From Eledone cirrhosa (Eukaryota), in contig OZ024755.1 of the NCBI GenBank assembly GCA_964016885.1, forward strand, positions 620,001 to 684,000: DNA of 64,000 nucleotides, given 5' to 3'. Position numbers and translations under genes: made by a program. Positions 1 to 12,790 of this stretch are shown here, piece after piece (position 1 is the stretch's first letter; every line of letters starts with the position of its first letter). The notes below the pieces were generated by a model. It did not search any database. It saw nothing but the letters and a program-made list of their open reading frames with translations, and was not told where the DNA came from.

Positions 1-2441
1 TATATATCTTTTGCATTGCAAATTCATAAAATCTTTATTATATATAAGCAAGCAGATATTAATTGTGCGACACTTGTAGAGTACAAATGGTGTGTTGCGG
101 TTTAAAAATTAAAATAAATGCCGTTAGTAGAACAGGTGAGTTCTAAATCTATTGTAAATCCCTTTACATTTCATAAAGTAACTCATTAGATCGGATTACT
201 AGAAAACACCTGGTGAAGAAAACGAAATCACACAGAAATGAAGACGAGCTAAAATTAGTTTAGTCATTGTCTATCAAAATCAAGATTTTAGTATATGCTA
301 CTATGAAATATAAGGATGGGCGAGAAAAACTATCGTTTAATAAAAAATGATAATACTGAATTGATATACGTAAGTAGAAATGCAATCTATAAAAAGAATT
401 TAATTCATCGTACGTATCAATCTAGAAATACATAATACATTAGATAGACTATGTTCAATCGAATATAGAAAAAGGGAAAAAAAAAAACCTGTCGAGATAA
501 TATTACGACGGTTAAAAATCGAAGAAAGTGACATCGATCACCGGTTGGAATGAAAAAGTAGGTGTCGTACGACTGTACAGGTAGGTATGACGTCGGTATA
601 GTATTCAAGGTTGGAGGTGGAATATAGCAAGTAGTTAGCGGTTTATTTGACAGACTGCGCTTTAAGTCATTATATAGGAAAACATAAAAAAACTATGGCT
701 TCGTCGAAATACCATGTTCAACACTGTTTTATTATTATTTATTCTAGGCATGTAGATGAAATAGATCCTCTGAAGCATAAGGTGGGGGAAATATCCACGT
801 GCGAGTAGCACAATTCACAAAAGAGAGTGATTTATGTGTGTGGTGAAACAAGCTGCGCGCGTATATCGATATAGCACGCATTTGCTTTCTTAATGACACA
901 CGCAAACGATCGACTCTTCGTAACTGGTTCAGTACCAGTTAATAGCAAGAATCAATAATAATGTATAAATATAAATAAAATAAAGAGATATGGGAGAAAT
1001 TATACAACATATTTTCTTATGAGCCTCGAAGGATTTATAAATATTTCTTCTGTAATTTATTTCTTAATAACACCAGATAGCAACAGGTGAATGACCGCAT
1101 TCAACAGATTAAAATTAATTGAGATTAAATTTTGAAAGACGTCAAATTCATATTAAAAGAAGAAGCTCGTCAAACTAGGTTGAGTTTAGAAGTTTTATTG
1201 ATTACAGAACAAAAAAAAGAAAGAACAATAGGTAAAATTTACGACTGTTTAAATCTACCTGTATAACGAGAGTGGTGGTACACTCCAGACGAAAGAATAA
1301 CAAGCGGGCTTCATTGAAGAAAATAGCATACGTTGGAATTATTTACTGCACTGAAGATATTTAATACTATTAATAATATTGCTGTGGTCTAAACGAGTCT
1401 TATTTTAATATATTTCTATAAAGTATCATTATAAATCATTTCGTAACACTAATATTGCAGTAAAGAGAACTTACAATAAATTATACATATTTATTATTTG
1501 ATCATTTAGATGAGTGTGAAGAAATATAAATACATCGTTGTATCAGAGTATTCATAGACTGGTGTTAAAAATTGCAAGACGTAAATAGAATTTATAAAAG
1601 GGGGTGGAACCTGTCATAGTACATAGACACATTATGTTGGACATCTGTCGGAGGGAGACAGTAACAACCATAAAAATAACGAGTCGCAGAATGCAACAAA
1701 TGGCAAGTACTTGCTATCAAACAACGACTAGGAATGCGTTCAATATTTCCATAAAATACCTAGAGGGTGGGGTAATTTTATCTGTTGTCAGAGAAAGACA
1801 AGAGTAGCTTTCGGAATGTACATAGTAGTCGATATATAACATAGTAGTGAAGCTACTGATAGGCCTTCTAGGGTAAAGAAGAAAAAGAAGTTGACAGTGC
1901 AATAAATCGATATATAGAGTTCAGAGAGTAACATTTCGAAACGTTCACGGTGATAGAAATTTAGTGCGATATATATTTATGTATATATATTAAAACAGTT
2001 TATTATAACACATGTTAGGAGATAGTGAAACGGGGTGAGGAAGAAAAAAAGAACCTGCTTTACAAATATAAACATAACGATGGGAATATCGGTAAGGAAC
2101 TAAATATATATTTATATCTAACTACAGCTTCCGAATAACTGCATAGTAAGTTTATGATCATTCTATTTCAATGGGATATAATAATTTAAAGAAGATAACT
2201 GTATGAACATATTATGTCCCAAATAATTTTATTACAGTGTCGATATTTTTGAATGAAGGTTAGAAGTAGAATTGTAACTGCAGTAACAGTTGTTGCTGGG
2301 ATATATCGTACAATTAAAACATAGCTACGATATATATATATATAAACAATGATAATATAAATGACTGTCTTTATAAATCTTGTCAGAGCATCTGTATAGT
2401 GAATAAATTTTAGTAAAAAAAAATTAAAAAAAACCACTCAC
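1..2441 (-). other. Start of intron 1 of the KIF13-like gene
   Basis: Follows the GTGAGT donor at 2441. No second kinesin exon recognised in 1-2441. CpG-retaining and free of recognisable transposons. Confidence 0.75.
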
Positions 2442-2496
2442 CTCGTCTATTCATAGGCCGTACACGCACTGCGACTTTGACTTTGTCTGTTGCCAT
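2442..2496 (-). CDS. KIF13: First coding exon of a kinesin-3 family motor, KIF13A/B / Khc-73-like (MATDKVKVAVRVRPMNRR-, phase-1 intron follows)
   Basis: Minus strand reads gaaaATGGCAACAGACAAAGTCAAAGTCGCAGTGCGTGTACGGCCTATGAATAGACGAG|GTGAGT: good start context, the kinesin N-terminal motif VKVAVRVRP followed by MNRR as in KIF13 proteins, and a canonical donor after 55 nt. Too short for the ORF track. The rest of the gene lies left of the window. Confidence 0.88.
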
Positions 2497-2669
2497 TTTC
2501 GCTCTCAATTAGCAGTTATAAATGAAAGATTTCAAAATGAAACGTCAAATTAGATCCATAAAAATAAGATGTAGTCCATAAATTGTGCTTGTCGTTTCCG
2601 TCATGGCACAAAATAAGCTAGTAATCCCAAGCCATGCACTTTATCTGCTAGCGATATAAAGTCTGCTAG

Positions 2670-2730
2670 ATCTCCGCGACGCCATGTTGCTTAGAAATAC
2701 GACATCCGGGCACTGAATGAGTCATTGGTT
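2670..2730 (-). promoter_or_regulatory. Probable KIF13 core promoter: YY1-like, ETS-like, AP-1 and CCAAT motifs
   Basis: About 180-230 bp upstream of the ATG: minus-strand CAACATGGCGTC (2678-2689, YY1-like), CCCGGATGTC (2701-2710, ETS-like), TGAGTCA (2718-2724) and CCAAT (2724-2728), clustered in CpG-rich sequence. Motif matches only. Confidence 0.55.
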
Positions 2731-3227
2731 GAAATTTATAAATTATTTATTCGCTTCGATTCATTCGTCTGGTGTCATGCAATCGGGATGGAAAGAAAAA
2801 CTAAAATCGAATGAAAGTCGCAGTTTACTTTACATATAGACAGAATAGAATGTAAATATATTAAAACATATATATACATTCATTCATATGTTTGCGGGGG
2901 AAATGAGAGAAGGTGTAAAAATATTAACACAAATATTGTCTGCTATGAGGTAGCCAAGTATACACTATTTTATATTAATATACAGAAATTTCGAAATTTA
3001 TTCATTTTAGTTGTCCTCTCTGTACAGATCGAAAGTGAGTTGTATCTATTACTGGTAAAACGTGTTTCCATTAACTACTCAAATATATTGAGGAAATAAA
3101 TACATACAAAAACACTTATTTTTTACAATTAACTTTATATATTATTGTATTACACAATTTTCTTACTTTATTTCCGACTAAATATATTTCTCCATGTCTT
3201 TGGAGACAGTTTAAAAGATTGTACATT

Positions 3228-3259
<32 letters not shown>

Positions 3260-3264
<5 letters not shown>

Positions 3265-3515
3265 GTTACAACAGTGACATAAACAGGTGCTTAAGTTTCG
3301 GTGGGTTGTACACACCTACTCATTCAGTCTGTTATATATGACAGGCTGAATGTTAAGTTTCGGTGGGTTACACACCCCCAACTCCAATTGGGGGTGTGTA
3401 ACCCAATGAAACTTAAGTACCTGTTTATGTTACTGTTGTAACTAATTATATTTAACTCGTCCTATGGACTGAGTACTCTTACTGTTGGGTATTTCTACCA
3501 AACTTATACTACAGT
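3260..3515. mobile_element. (TA)n-flanked fold-back element, probable Penelope-like terminal remnant with 3' halves of a hammerhead motif
   Basis: Inverted arms 3260-3316 / 3393-3447, internal hairpins at 3321-3352 and 3365-3404. The second hairpin is followed by GAAA-CTTAAG-TA (palindrome ACTTAAGT). Confidence 0.6.
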
Positions 3516-5716
3516 ATATATATAATATATATTAATTTGTGAAACAGGATACCTACTTTACGAATTAAACATCAAAAGATAGCAGTAAGTCCTTATAAAT
3601 CTCACTCGAATATATATAAATATTCAGACATTTAGTCGAAATATATCCGAACACAGTTTAGGAACTTTTACTATTTTGGGGGGATAAAAGGTTTTAACTT
3701 TAGAAAATATATTTTCCAATCAGTTCTCTAAAATTTGTCGACTAAAGACACTTTATTACCTATAGAAGTTGCTCTGGTTCGTTTGTTCACCCCTTTCTCC
3801 TCCCCTTTTTTGCATGTGGTCCTAGATGTGTGTATTACCTGCTATCTATACCTCTGTATAGTACCTATGGTGAAAGAGGTTATATGGTGGACGAGATTGA
3901 GAGGACTGGGGACTGATGCCTTTCTCTCCGGACAACAACTCATTCCTTTCTTCAGGTCCCACTTTAGAAGGAGAATCAGAGTGGAGAGAGAGGTACTGCA
4001 CCCCAGTAAATTTACTGAAAGGTGGGTGAATGTGGCAAAAATAGCCCGAGTGATTGGGTCTTCTCTGTATATAAACCTGTAGGTTGAAGAAGATAACAAA
4101 AGGAGAAAGGAGCACTTGCACAACACACTCCTGAAGTTGAGAGTTGTTCAATCTACGGGGTATTAAACAACCCATTTGTGGCGTTTCCCCCTATTGAGGA
4201 TTTCAATTGTTAAATTTGTTTGTTTCAATATTTTTACACGATTGTATGTAAAATCCCCGGCATCTGTCTTTGTTTTGTCCCCTTTTCTTGTGCGCTTGTG
4301 GCAAATAAAGAAATTGTGTGTGTTTTTTTCAAACCATTATATTATTATATTTGTTATACAACTGTGAGTAAAACATAAAAGCTGTTTAATATTTTCTAGC
4401 TAGGCCTATAAGATATTTTATAATGTTTATAACATTTATTTATTTACCATGTTAAAATAGTTTTGTTGCCTTTACAACGTGGAATACTTGTCTGAGCTCT
4501 TGGAATAAATATTTTTATTTATTTGTTTTGTTTTTTTCGGCGGTTTTTCTTTCCTTTTTTTTTTCTTCCTAGCTGGACGGGACATATAAAAAAATTTAAG
4601 ACACAAAGTTTGCAGAAGAATTTAATAATGGTTTCTGATTTAGGCACAAGGCTAATCATTTTTGTGGAGGGGAAAGTCGATTAAATCAACTCCAGTTTGT
4701 TACTGGTACTTTATTTTATAGACCCTGTAAGCATGTTGTCTGACGTTCTGCCGATACTGTAAAAAAGTAATAGCATATGCAATCAGTGGTGTGTAGACAC
4801 GATGGGGGCTTGGCAGAGGGTGTGACAGCCTTTGGAAAGGTGATGAGGTTATCCAGTTCAATATGGCTACTGAGCTCAGTATCCACTTAGACTTTTCAAG
4901 CACCAGTCCAAAATCTGCGCCCTAAGAAGGATTTAATAAATGGTACAGAAATTTAATCAATCCATTTTTTTACCAGCAGACTCGATTTGTTCAGCGTTGG
5001 CAATAGATTCGAACCAGATGTGAAATCTAAGATCCATTTTAAAATGCTCATTAAACATTTTAACCATCAATACTAATTAAATATTTATAAGTTACTACAT
5101 ATGACGAAAAACATTGGCAGAGGTGGTGAGAGCAGACCTCAGATCGCTGAAACTCACAGAGGAGATGACGAAACACCGTGACAAGTGGAGAGATGCTGTG
5201 CTGAATAGGACCCGTCCAACCCTTGCAAGAAAAAAGTGAACCTAAAATTTTATAAGATATTTATATTTGTCTCAGTGGCCTAGCGGTAGATACTAGAGAT
5301 GGTGGAGATCCTGGTCTTGGGTTCAATCCTGGTCAAGTGGTGCCTGAAATCTTTTTCAGTTTTTATTTTACATCCCATAGAAAAAAACTGAAAAGGTTTA
5401 CTGGGAACCCTACTCCCGACAAGGATCACCACTGTCTATGATTCCTGCAGCTGTGTGTATGTATATATATATATATATATACATATATATGTGTGTGTGT
5501 ATGTATGTATGTATATATGTGTATGTACAGTTATAGACATAAACAGAATTATATCCAAATACAAGCAGTGTATTATTATATTGGGTTACTTATAGTCTAC
5601 TAATAGATATTATATTACCGAACTTTGGAAAAATGACACAGTGTTGGGTGTAAAGAAAGAAAGATGATCTCTTCTCTATTTTTCTGTATTTGTTGGTTTG
5701 ATTCAAATGGGAAAAG

Positions 5717-5950
5717 TGATGCTGTTCTCTCTACTAGAGTGTTAATATGTTGTTGTTGTTGTTGTGGTGGTGGTGGTAGTTCTTGTTTAGCCCTAGGTCA
5801 ACCCTGGTGGTGTTCTCTCTACTAGAGTGTTAATATGCTGCTGCTGCTGCTGCTGCTGTTGTTGTTGTTGTGGTTGTGGTGGTGGTGGTTCTTCTTGTTG
5901 TTTAGCCCTAGATCAAACCTGGTGCTGTTCTCTCTACTACAGTGCTAATG
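5717..5950. repeat. Local tandem triplication (~95-110 bp unit) with internal (TGT/TGC/TGG)n
   Basis: gtg.tgttctctctacta.agtg.taat occurs three times and gtttagccctag.tcaa.cctggt twice. Confidence 0.75.
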
Positions 5951-6649
5951 TCAGAATGTCTCAGGAAAGAATCCCAGGACAGATCTTACAGGGAAAACCA
6001 TTCAGTAGGAGATGCAGAGGTAGAAGATCCTGAGAAAGATTGTTGGATAACATCCATGGGGTTGGCTGGTCACACTTGGGACTCCAGACCAATTAGAGAT
6101 GGCTGCATCTGACAGGACACGTTAGAAGGAATGTTTGAGGACTCTGCCCCCCCCCCCCCCCCTCAAAAAAAAAACCTTCTCAGTTGGTGGAAGCATCTAC
6201 AGGGTTACTTGTTCTGCTAAAGATAGCAGCTAAATCTTCCTCAAATGACATTCTACAGTCTTAATAATAAATAAAAAGACACTGGATAATGCAATCTTAG
6301 ATACACAAACAATATCCAGTGAAAGAAAAAAGAGAAAAACATGATTGATGGTCGTGGCTGGATTGTCACTGTTGATAGGACAATCAAATATAAGTTGAGG
6401 CTATCAAACAACAAAGTCATTCAATACATCACATATTGTTATTATTATTTATATTCCACATAAATATTGATGGATTATTGGTGGCACCATTACAGCATCA
6501 GACACAATACTTTCCAGTCAATGTCAGCTTTTAGATTTGCTGGTGTGACCTTAAGCTATATAAAGCTTGCAGGTTTATTGTTCAAAAACTACAGCAGAAT
6601 GTTGTTGTTCTTCTTCTTTTTCTTCTTCTACTAGATTAAACACTGTTGT

Positions 6650-7040
6650 ATCATCATCATCATCATTATTTTATGTCCACTTTCCCCACTGATACAGGGT
6701 TGGACGGGTCCTTCTCAACATAGTATCTCTCCACTCACTGCATTCCATCATCATCTCTGTAAGTCTCAGCGATTTGAGATCAGCTCTCACCCAACCTCAG
6801 AACAAGTCTTGGTCTACCTCTACTACAGCTTCCTTCCATTGGCATTTCCGGGCACTCCTTCACCCATTGGTCATCATCCATACACATCACATGTCCATAC
6901 CAATGCAGTCTTCTCTCGTGTACACCACCTCAGATTCTTCTTGAACCCAGCTTCTCCCTCAGTTCATCCAGACTCTGCCTTTTTCTCATATTTACATTGC
7001 ACATCCAATGAAGCACGGTTACTTTGTCTGACGCTCTAAC
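6650..7040 (-). mobile_element. Degenerate RTE-type LINE 3' fragment with (CAT)n tail
   Basis: Minus-strand translation LHWMCNVN...LDELREKLGSRRI resembles LHWMCNSN...ISELSEKLGIRRI of the RTE at 20.7 kb; ends in (ATG)n on the element strand. Confidence 0.75.
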
Positions 7041-7872
7041 GATTGGGTATCTCTCTGTGTATATGTGTGTGTCTCTCTGTTTCTGTGTGTGTATGTGTGT
7101 CTCTGTGTCTATGTGTGTCTGTGTGTGTAGGTGTGCCTGTGTCTGTGTGTACACAAGGAAACACAAATTATATCAAGAATGAAATATATCCCACCAGAGA
7201 CTGCCTAAGAAGATTTACCTAGTTTCTATAGTCATATTCTTATATCTTATAATCCAAAGGAGACAACATTGTTAAGATTTCTGGATAACTAAAACAACAA
7301 CAAAAAATCATAATTTTAATGATAAATTTAATGATGACAGTAAAATAAACAGAGGGAAGCAGAACTGCTTGCTTTATGATTAATCTTTTTGCAAAAAAAA
7401 AAAAAAGTTGGTATTTATTTTTAGGAAGATTTATGAATCATTAATGTATCAGTTGTATTAAAGTTACAATAGATATTGCAAATAAGCTAAGAACCATTTT
7501 AAAATTTTAATAACTGCTTCCTTAAGATTTAATAACTTTCTTAGGAAAATAAAAGTTAAGTGAAATAATTAAATTATCAAACAATATGATCAGAAAATCA
7601 GAAAATATTATGAAAGGCTTTATAATCATTAGAAACATGCCTGCTGTTTTAGTAAAATATTGGAAGTAAGCTTCATTTTCCTATATTTATACCACTTTTA
7701 GTTTTTAACCATCTTTTGGATAAAGCAATTTAATCTTTAATTCATTTCTAAGTGAAGAAGAAAAACTGTACCATCATCATCATCATCATCATATATGGTT
7801 CAATGAAACAAAGCTATGAATTTTTTTTTCAGAAATTTATTTGAAATATTGAGTGTTTATAAAAGCTTCTTA

Positions 7873-8076
7873 TATGAGAATTAGCTGAAAAGTTTATAAG
7901 CTGACTATGAGAGAGTGATGTTAGAACTGTGAAATCTTGCATGCATTAATTTGTCAACTCTTATAAATAACTGCATTGTTTCTTTCCGGAGAACTACTAT
8001 GTTGAAAAATAAACCTCATGTGGTCATTCCATGAAGTATCTTGGTCAGCCTATGAACTTTTCAGCTGACCTTCATA
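7873..8076. mobile_element. Tc1/mariner-type MITE (~200 bp)
   Basis: Imperfect ~33-bp TIRs tatgagaattagctgaaaagtttataagctgac / gtcagcctatgaactttttcagctgaccttcata with TA at both ends. A solo terminus of the same family lies at ~11719-11781. Confidence 0.7.
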
Positions 8077-10425
8077 TTAGTTGCTATCAAGGATTGCTTG
8101 TTTTATTATCAAACAATGATTATTAATATAATATTATCAATAACAACAACAACAACAAGCATGTTTCAGTCATCCTCCTTGCTAAAGTAGGGGTTAGCTT
8201 TGCAGGCCCCGTGGCAAGTTCCATACTCAACATGGGGCCCTTTTTTGGTGCCTACTTTTTGGTTGCCTCTTACAGCACACGGGGATATTGTGTACCTATT
8301 TTAAACCAGACACACACTGTGAAGTGTCACAACAAAAAGCACCCAGTCCAGACTGTAAATGTGGTTGGCATTAGAAAGGGCATCCAGCCATTGAAACCAA
8401 GCCAAACTCAGTTCTGTATGAGCAAGACATGGTCATCTGACCTGGCTTGTCACACAATGCGACAACTTGTCTAACCCATGCTAGTTAGGTAATTCACACT
8501 TTTTCAGTCCTCAGAAAAATATATTTACATATATCTGTTTATGAGATAAAATAGTTATATTACTAAATCCAGCTAAATGATTTATATTACTTTCACAATT
8601 ATTTGGAAATCCTAGATAATGTCTTTCAACAAAAATATAGTCACAAAAGAGTCAAATTATTTGGTAAACGATCTCAGTCTCTCAAAGAAACAGGCAGAAT
8701 TTCTGTGACATTTATTCCAAGGTGGACTATTTTAACTAAATAAGAAAACCTCTTTCTATAGAGAAATTTTCAAAATAAATTTCTCTCTCTCTCTCTCTCT
8801 TATCATTTTTTTCTTTCCCCTAAGATTTATGTTGCTGCAACAACAAACCTGATTTAATGGAAGAATTTGTTCAATCTCCTGATTGATGCAACTAACATCT
8901 TTTCATTGATTAATCAAAAGTGAGCATCCATACAACATTTTATCTCAATAGAAATTTCTATCCATCAATTCCATTTGTATTATATTCTGCATGAAAGAAT
9001 CTTCTAGAAACACAAAGAAAGGTGTGATATATGTTACCTTTAAGTTTAGATGCAGCGTAATAAATATGTATAGAAAGTTGAAACATCAATGTGACAGTTT
9101 GACTTACTTGTGAAGGGAGGGGGGGGGGATAGAAAAAACTGTAGTTTTATTTGTGAATCAAGAAGCAATAGTAAGAGATCCTGTTATCTAAAAAACCTAG
9201 TGTCCAGCTCATGTTGCATTAACACAACGTATAAATAATGCAACAGAAGAACATTTCAGTTCTCTAAAGAATATAGAATATATTTCCAATCCTCTCTTTT
9301 TACATCAAGTTTGATAGCATGAAATATTTGTCAATGTAATATGTCATTTAGGAAATGGTATACCAGGAGACCAGCTTTCATGTGTGAAGCATTCAAAACC
9401 CACCAAAATGATTTCTTTTTTATTTTTATATAGAAATTCAAATTGAGAGAATGATTTTAGGCAGGAATATTAGAAAAAAAAATGGAAAATTTGTTTGGAA
9501 AGTTCTTAACTCTTTTGATATCAAATTGTCTGAAACTAACCCCCCCCTCCCACACACACACACAACACCACTGCCACCTACGATTCTACAATACCAAACT
9601 TTATTTTTACCTATTTATATGTTGTATATATAGTCAGTTTCTCGAACTGAGGGGATAAAGTTAATATAAAGAATGGTGTACTTATGTACAGAAATACTAT
9701 AAAGATGGAAAAAGGAGTTGCCATCAGCATCTCCATGCATGAGCACACCACTTTTTGTATTCATATTTATTTTAATAGCTTTCCATCATCATTTTATGTG
9801 AGTACCTTTGTTAAGTTATGTTCCAAACACCAGCTTTCATAATCAGAAAGTTAGGTTTATTGCTAAATCTCATTAAATTCTTTGTTATTTTAATAATGAT
9901 TTGAAAATCATAGATAGTTGTGTCAAGCAGTGGCAGACTGGCCAGGTTGCCCAATGGCAAGTGGGCCCCAGGGGGCTCACAGTAGCATTGCAGGGCCCAC
10001 TGTAGTATTTTAAGGGACAATGCTTTGCTTTAAAAAAATACCTGAAGTCTAAGAGAAAGAATAGGTGTTTTTTTAAATAAATAAAACAATCAAGCAAAGC
10101 ATTTGGCCAACCAATTCCCCAGGTAATTATTAGAAACCAAAATATATGATAGTGCAAATAGCTGGAATCAGTGGTTGTACATTCTACTAAATCTAAAGCT
10201 TAGTCTATTCATTCATGCAAACATACATATATAGACTCACACACAAGCATATATATATATATAAATATATATATAAAGGGATATTCAATTTGTTGGTAAT
10301 TCAACAAATATAAATGTTTATAACTGATTCAGAGCACTCAACAGTCTCACCTGATCAATGAAACAATTGTTAATACTGTAAATAAAACCCTTTTTGTACT
10401 GCCGACCATGTTATTCTTCACTCTT

Positions 10426-10489
<64 letters not shown>

Positions 10490-10549
10490 GTGAAAGAGTG
10501 AAGAATAACATTCAAAGTCAGTTAGATTCAAAGTTACAATGATTGGCAT

Positions 10550-10581
<32 letters not shown>

Positions 10582-10728
10582 TTTTGAGTATATGTTGGTT
10601 GTATACCAACACCTCAGTATGCAGGCTGGAGCACTCGACGAGGTGCGCAGGTTGGTTTGGTTACTCCGGAGTAATGTAAAATAAAGTTAAATAAAAAGTC
10701 AAATGTTTAAAATTTAGCTTCGTTTATT

Positions 10729-10783
10729 ACTGCTATATATATTTCAGTGACAGCCATCTTTGGCTGTGACCTCTTCAGGCAGT
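10729..10783 (-). ncRNA. Minimal type I hammerhead ribozyme motif (Penelope-like type), core intact
   Basis: Minus strand: ACUGC-CUGAAGA-GGUCACAGCCA aaga UGGCUGUCACU-GAAA-UAUAUA-UA-GCAGU. Stem I 5 bp, stem II 11 bp with one mismatch, palindromic stem III. Confidence 0.85.
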
Positions 10784-12419
10784 TTGAATGAGTATGGTAT
10801 AGACAAGTACATATGTTGTTGAGGTGTATACTATTGTCAATACTCTGATATGCCCAGTTCTTGGTTGGGTTGTTATTTCACTGAGGAACTGGAATCATAT
10901 GTTTGTAAAAGTTATTTTTGTTTTATATCATTCAGTCTTTCAGTGACTACCCTACAAATATCCCTTTTAATACCAAACTACAAAATACTGTCCCTGGTTC
11001 TATGATACTAAGCTATTTTTTTTAAAGTATTTATATTTATCTAAAAACCTTCCATCATCAATCTGTGTAAAAGCCTTTATTAAGTTATGTTCCAAATACC
11101 AGTTTAATAATGAGAAAATTAGATATTTCACTCAATCCTTCCAAATATTTGATTATCTACAAAATGATTTAAAATGATCGGTAGTTAGTTTCTTTCGAAA
11201 GAAATATGGTAATGAAAGGGTTAAAAAATATTTTTAATTATTTAACATAACTAATACTTTCCACTAACTATGTAAATTAACTTTATGAAATTAACTCATT
11301 TCTTGAGATTACCTCCCCTTTTCTTTAAGAGTAACTTTAACTGTTAGGTTTTTGAATTATTTTCCCAACTAAGAATCGATTACCGGAGCATGTTTTTGTG
11401 AATGTTATTCAGTACATCACTTATTAACTGACACAACTTCAACTTGTAATAGAGTTTCGAAGTGATTAAAATCAAATAATTAACTTAACTAATCCTCCTC
11501 AAACAAACATGTCTATCTTTCTTTGTTTTAATGGAAACCTTTACATTAACATTAACTAATTTCTCTTCCAATCATGCATATAAATTCTTTATGATTGCAA
11601 TAACTGCAAATGATAATGAAGTTATGATTTCTAGTCTGAAGTTTAAAACCTCGACATAGTATAATGTGGTATTTGTTACTTAGAATCAAGCATAGCTCAC
11701 ATTTTGTGATTCAACTATATATGAGGGTTGGCTGAAAAGTTCATAGGCTGACCAAGATACTCTCAAATGAGGTTTATTTTTCGTTCATGTGCACTGTAAA
11801 TTGCTCATGTTGGGGACACATCAAAATGTGCCCAGTCCATACTGTTAAGTGATCATGTACAGGTATTTATGAGTGGTTAAGACATAGCTACAGGTATGGT
11901 TGTGTGGTTAAAAAGTTTGTTCTACAACCTCCTCTTCCTCTTATGGTGTTCATAGGGGGCAGTGTCCTCACAGAGTACACTGCCCCCTATGAACAGAAGA
12001 AGCCATCTTCAAATGATTCAGCTGAGACCAACCAGGCTTATGGATGTTATCCAACCATCTTTCTTCTGCTCTACCTCTCAGTCTCCTTTGCCAGTTGGTT
12101 TTAACTGTAAAAACCTGTCCAGTGATAAACACAGAGTATACATATTACACATTTGTATTCTATATCTGTTTTTGTCAATGACACAACTACAACTGTACTT
12201 CTCAGTAAAAGCTACTGTTAAAACACGTTTTGAAAACCTGATCAATGAATTAATCAATATATCAGGCTAGCTTAATTCAAACAAACTAGCTTTAAACACT
12301 AATATATAAACAAAATATTGCCTACTTGGCTCAAGTGCTCGTATTATCAATATCACTTCTAACTCTGTGAATGTAAGTAATAAAATAGAGAGAGTAGAAA
12401 ATGTAGGAAAAGGTGATAC

Positions 12420-12790
12420 TATTTTTCTGCCTGTGGCATTTGAGATTCTCAGGCTAGTTTTTCTGCTGACAACAAGGTTTATGTCATTGTCGGCAGCTTG
12501 TCTTGTAGTATCAGGTAATGCTCATGAGGGGTGCTGGGTTATTTCAGTGTCTCGGTCTTGCTATGACCCGGGGCAATGCTAAGAAGTATCAGGTAATGTT
12601 CATGAAGGGTGCTGGCTTATTTCAGTGTCTTGATCTTGCTATGACCCAGGGCAATGCCAAGGTCTTCTAGGCTAATTTCAAATATTTTTAGAAGGCACCA
12701 CTAACATTCCCTGTTGTAGTGTGTAACTGATTGCACACATCTATTATTTTATTTCACTTCTCTTTTTTTTATTGATTTGTTCTTCTTGCA
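12420..12790. repeat. Unclassified dispersed repeat containing a 79-bp tandem duplication (12507-12661); related copy at ~17310-17520
   Basis: gtatcaggtaatg.tcatga.gggtgctgg.ttatttcagtgtct... occurs twice in tandem, with a diverged match starting at 17339. Confidence 0.65.
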
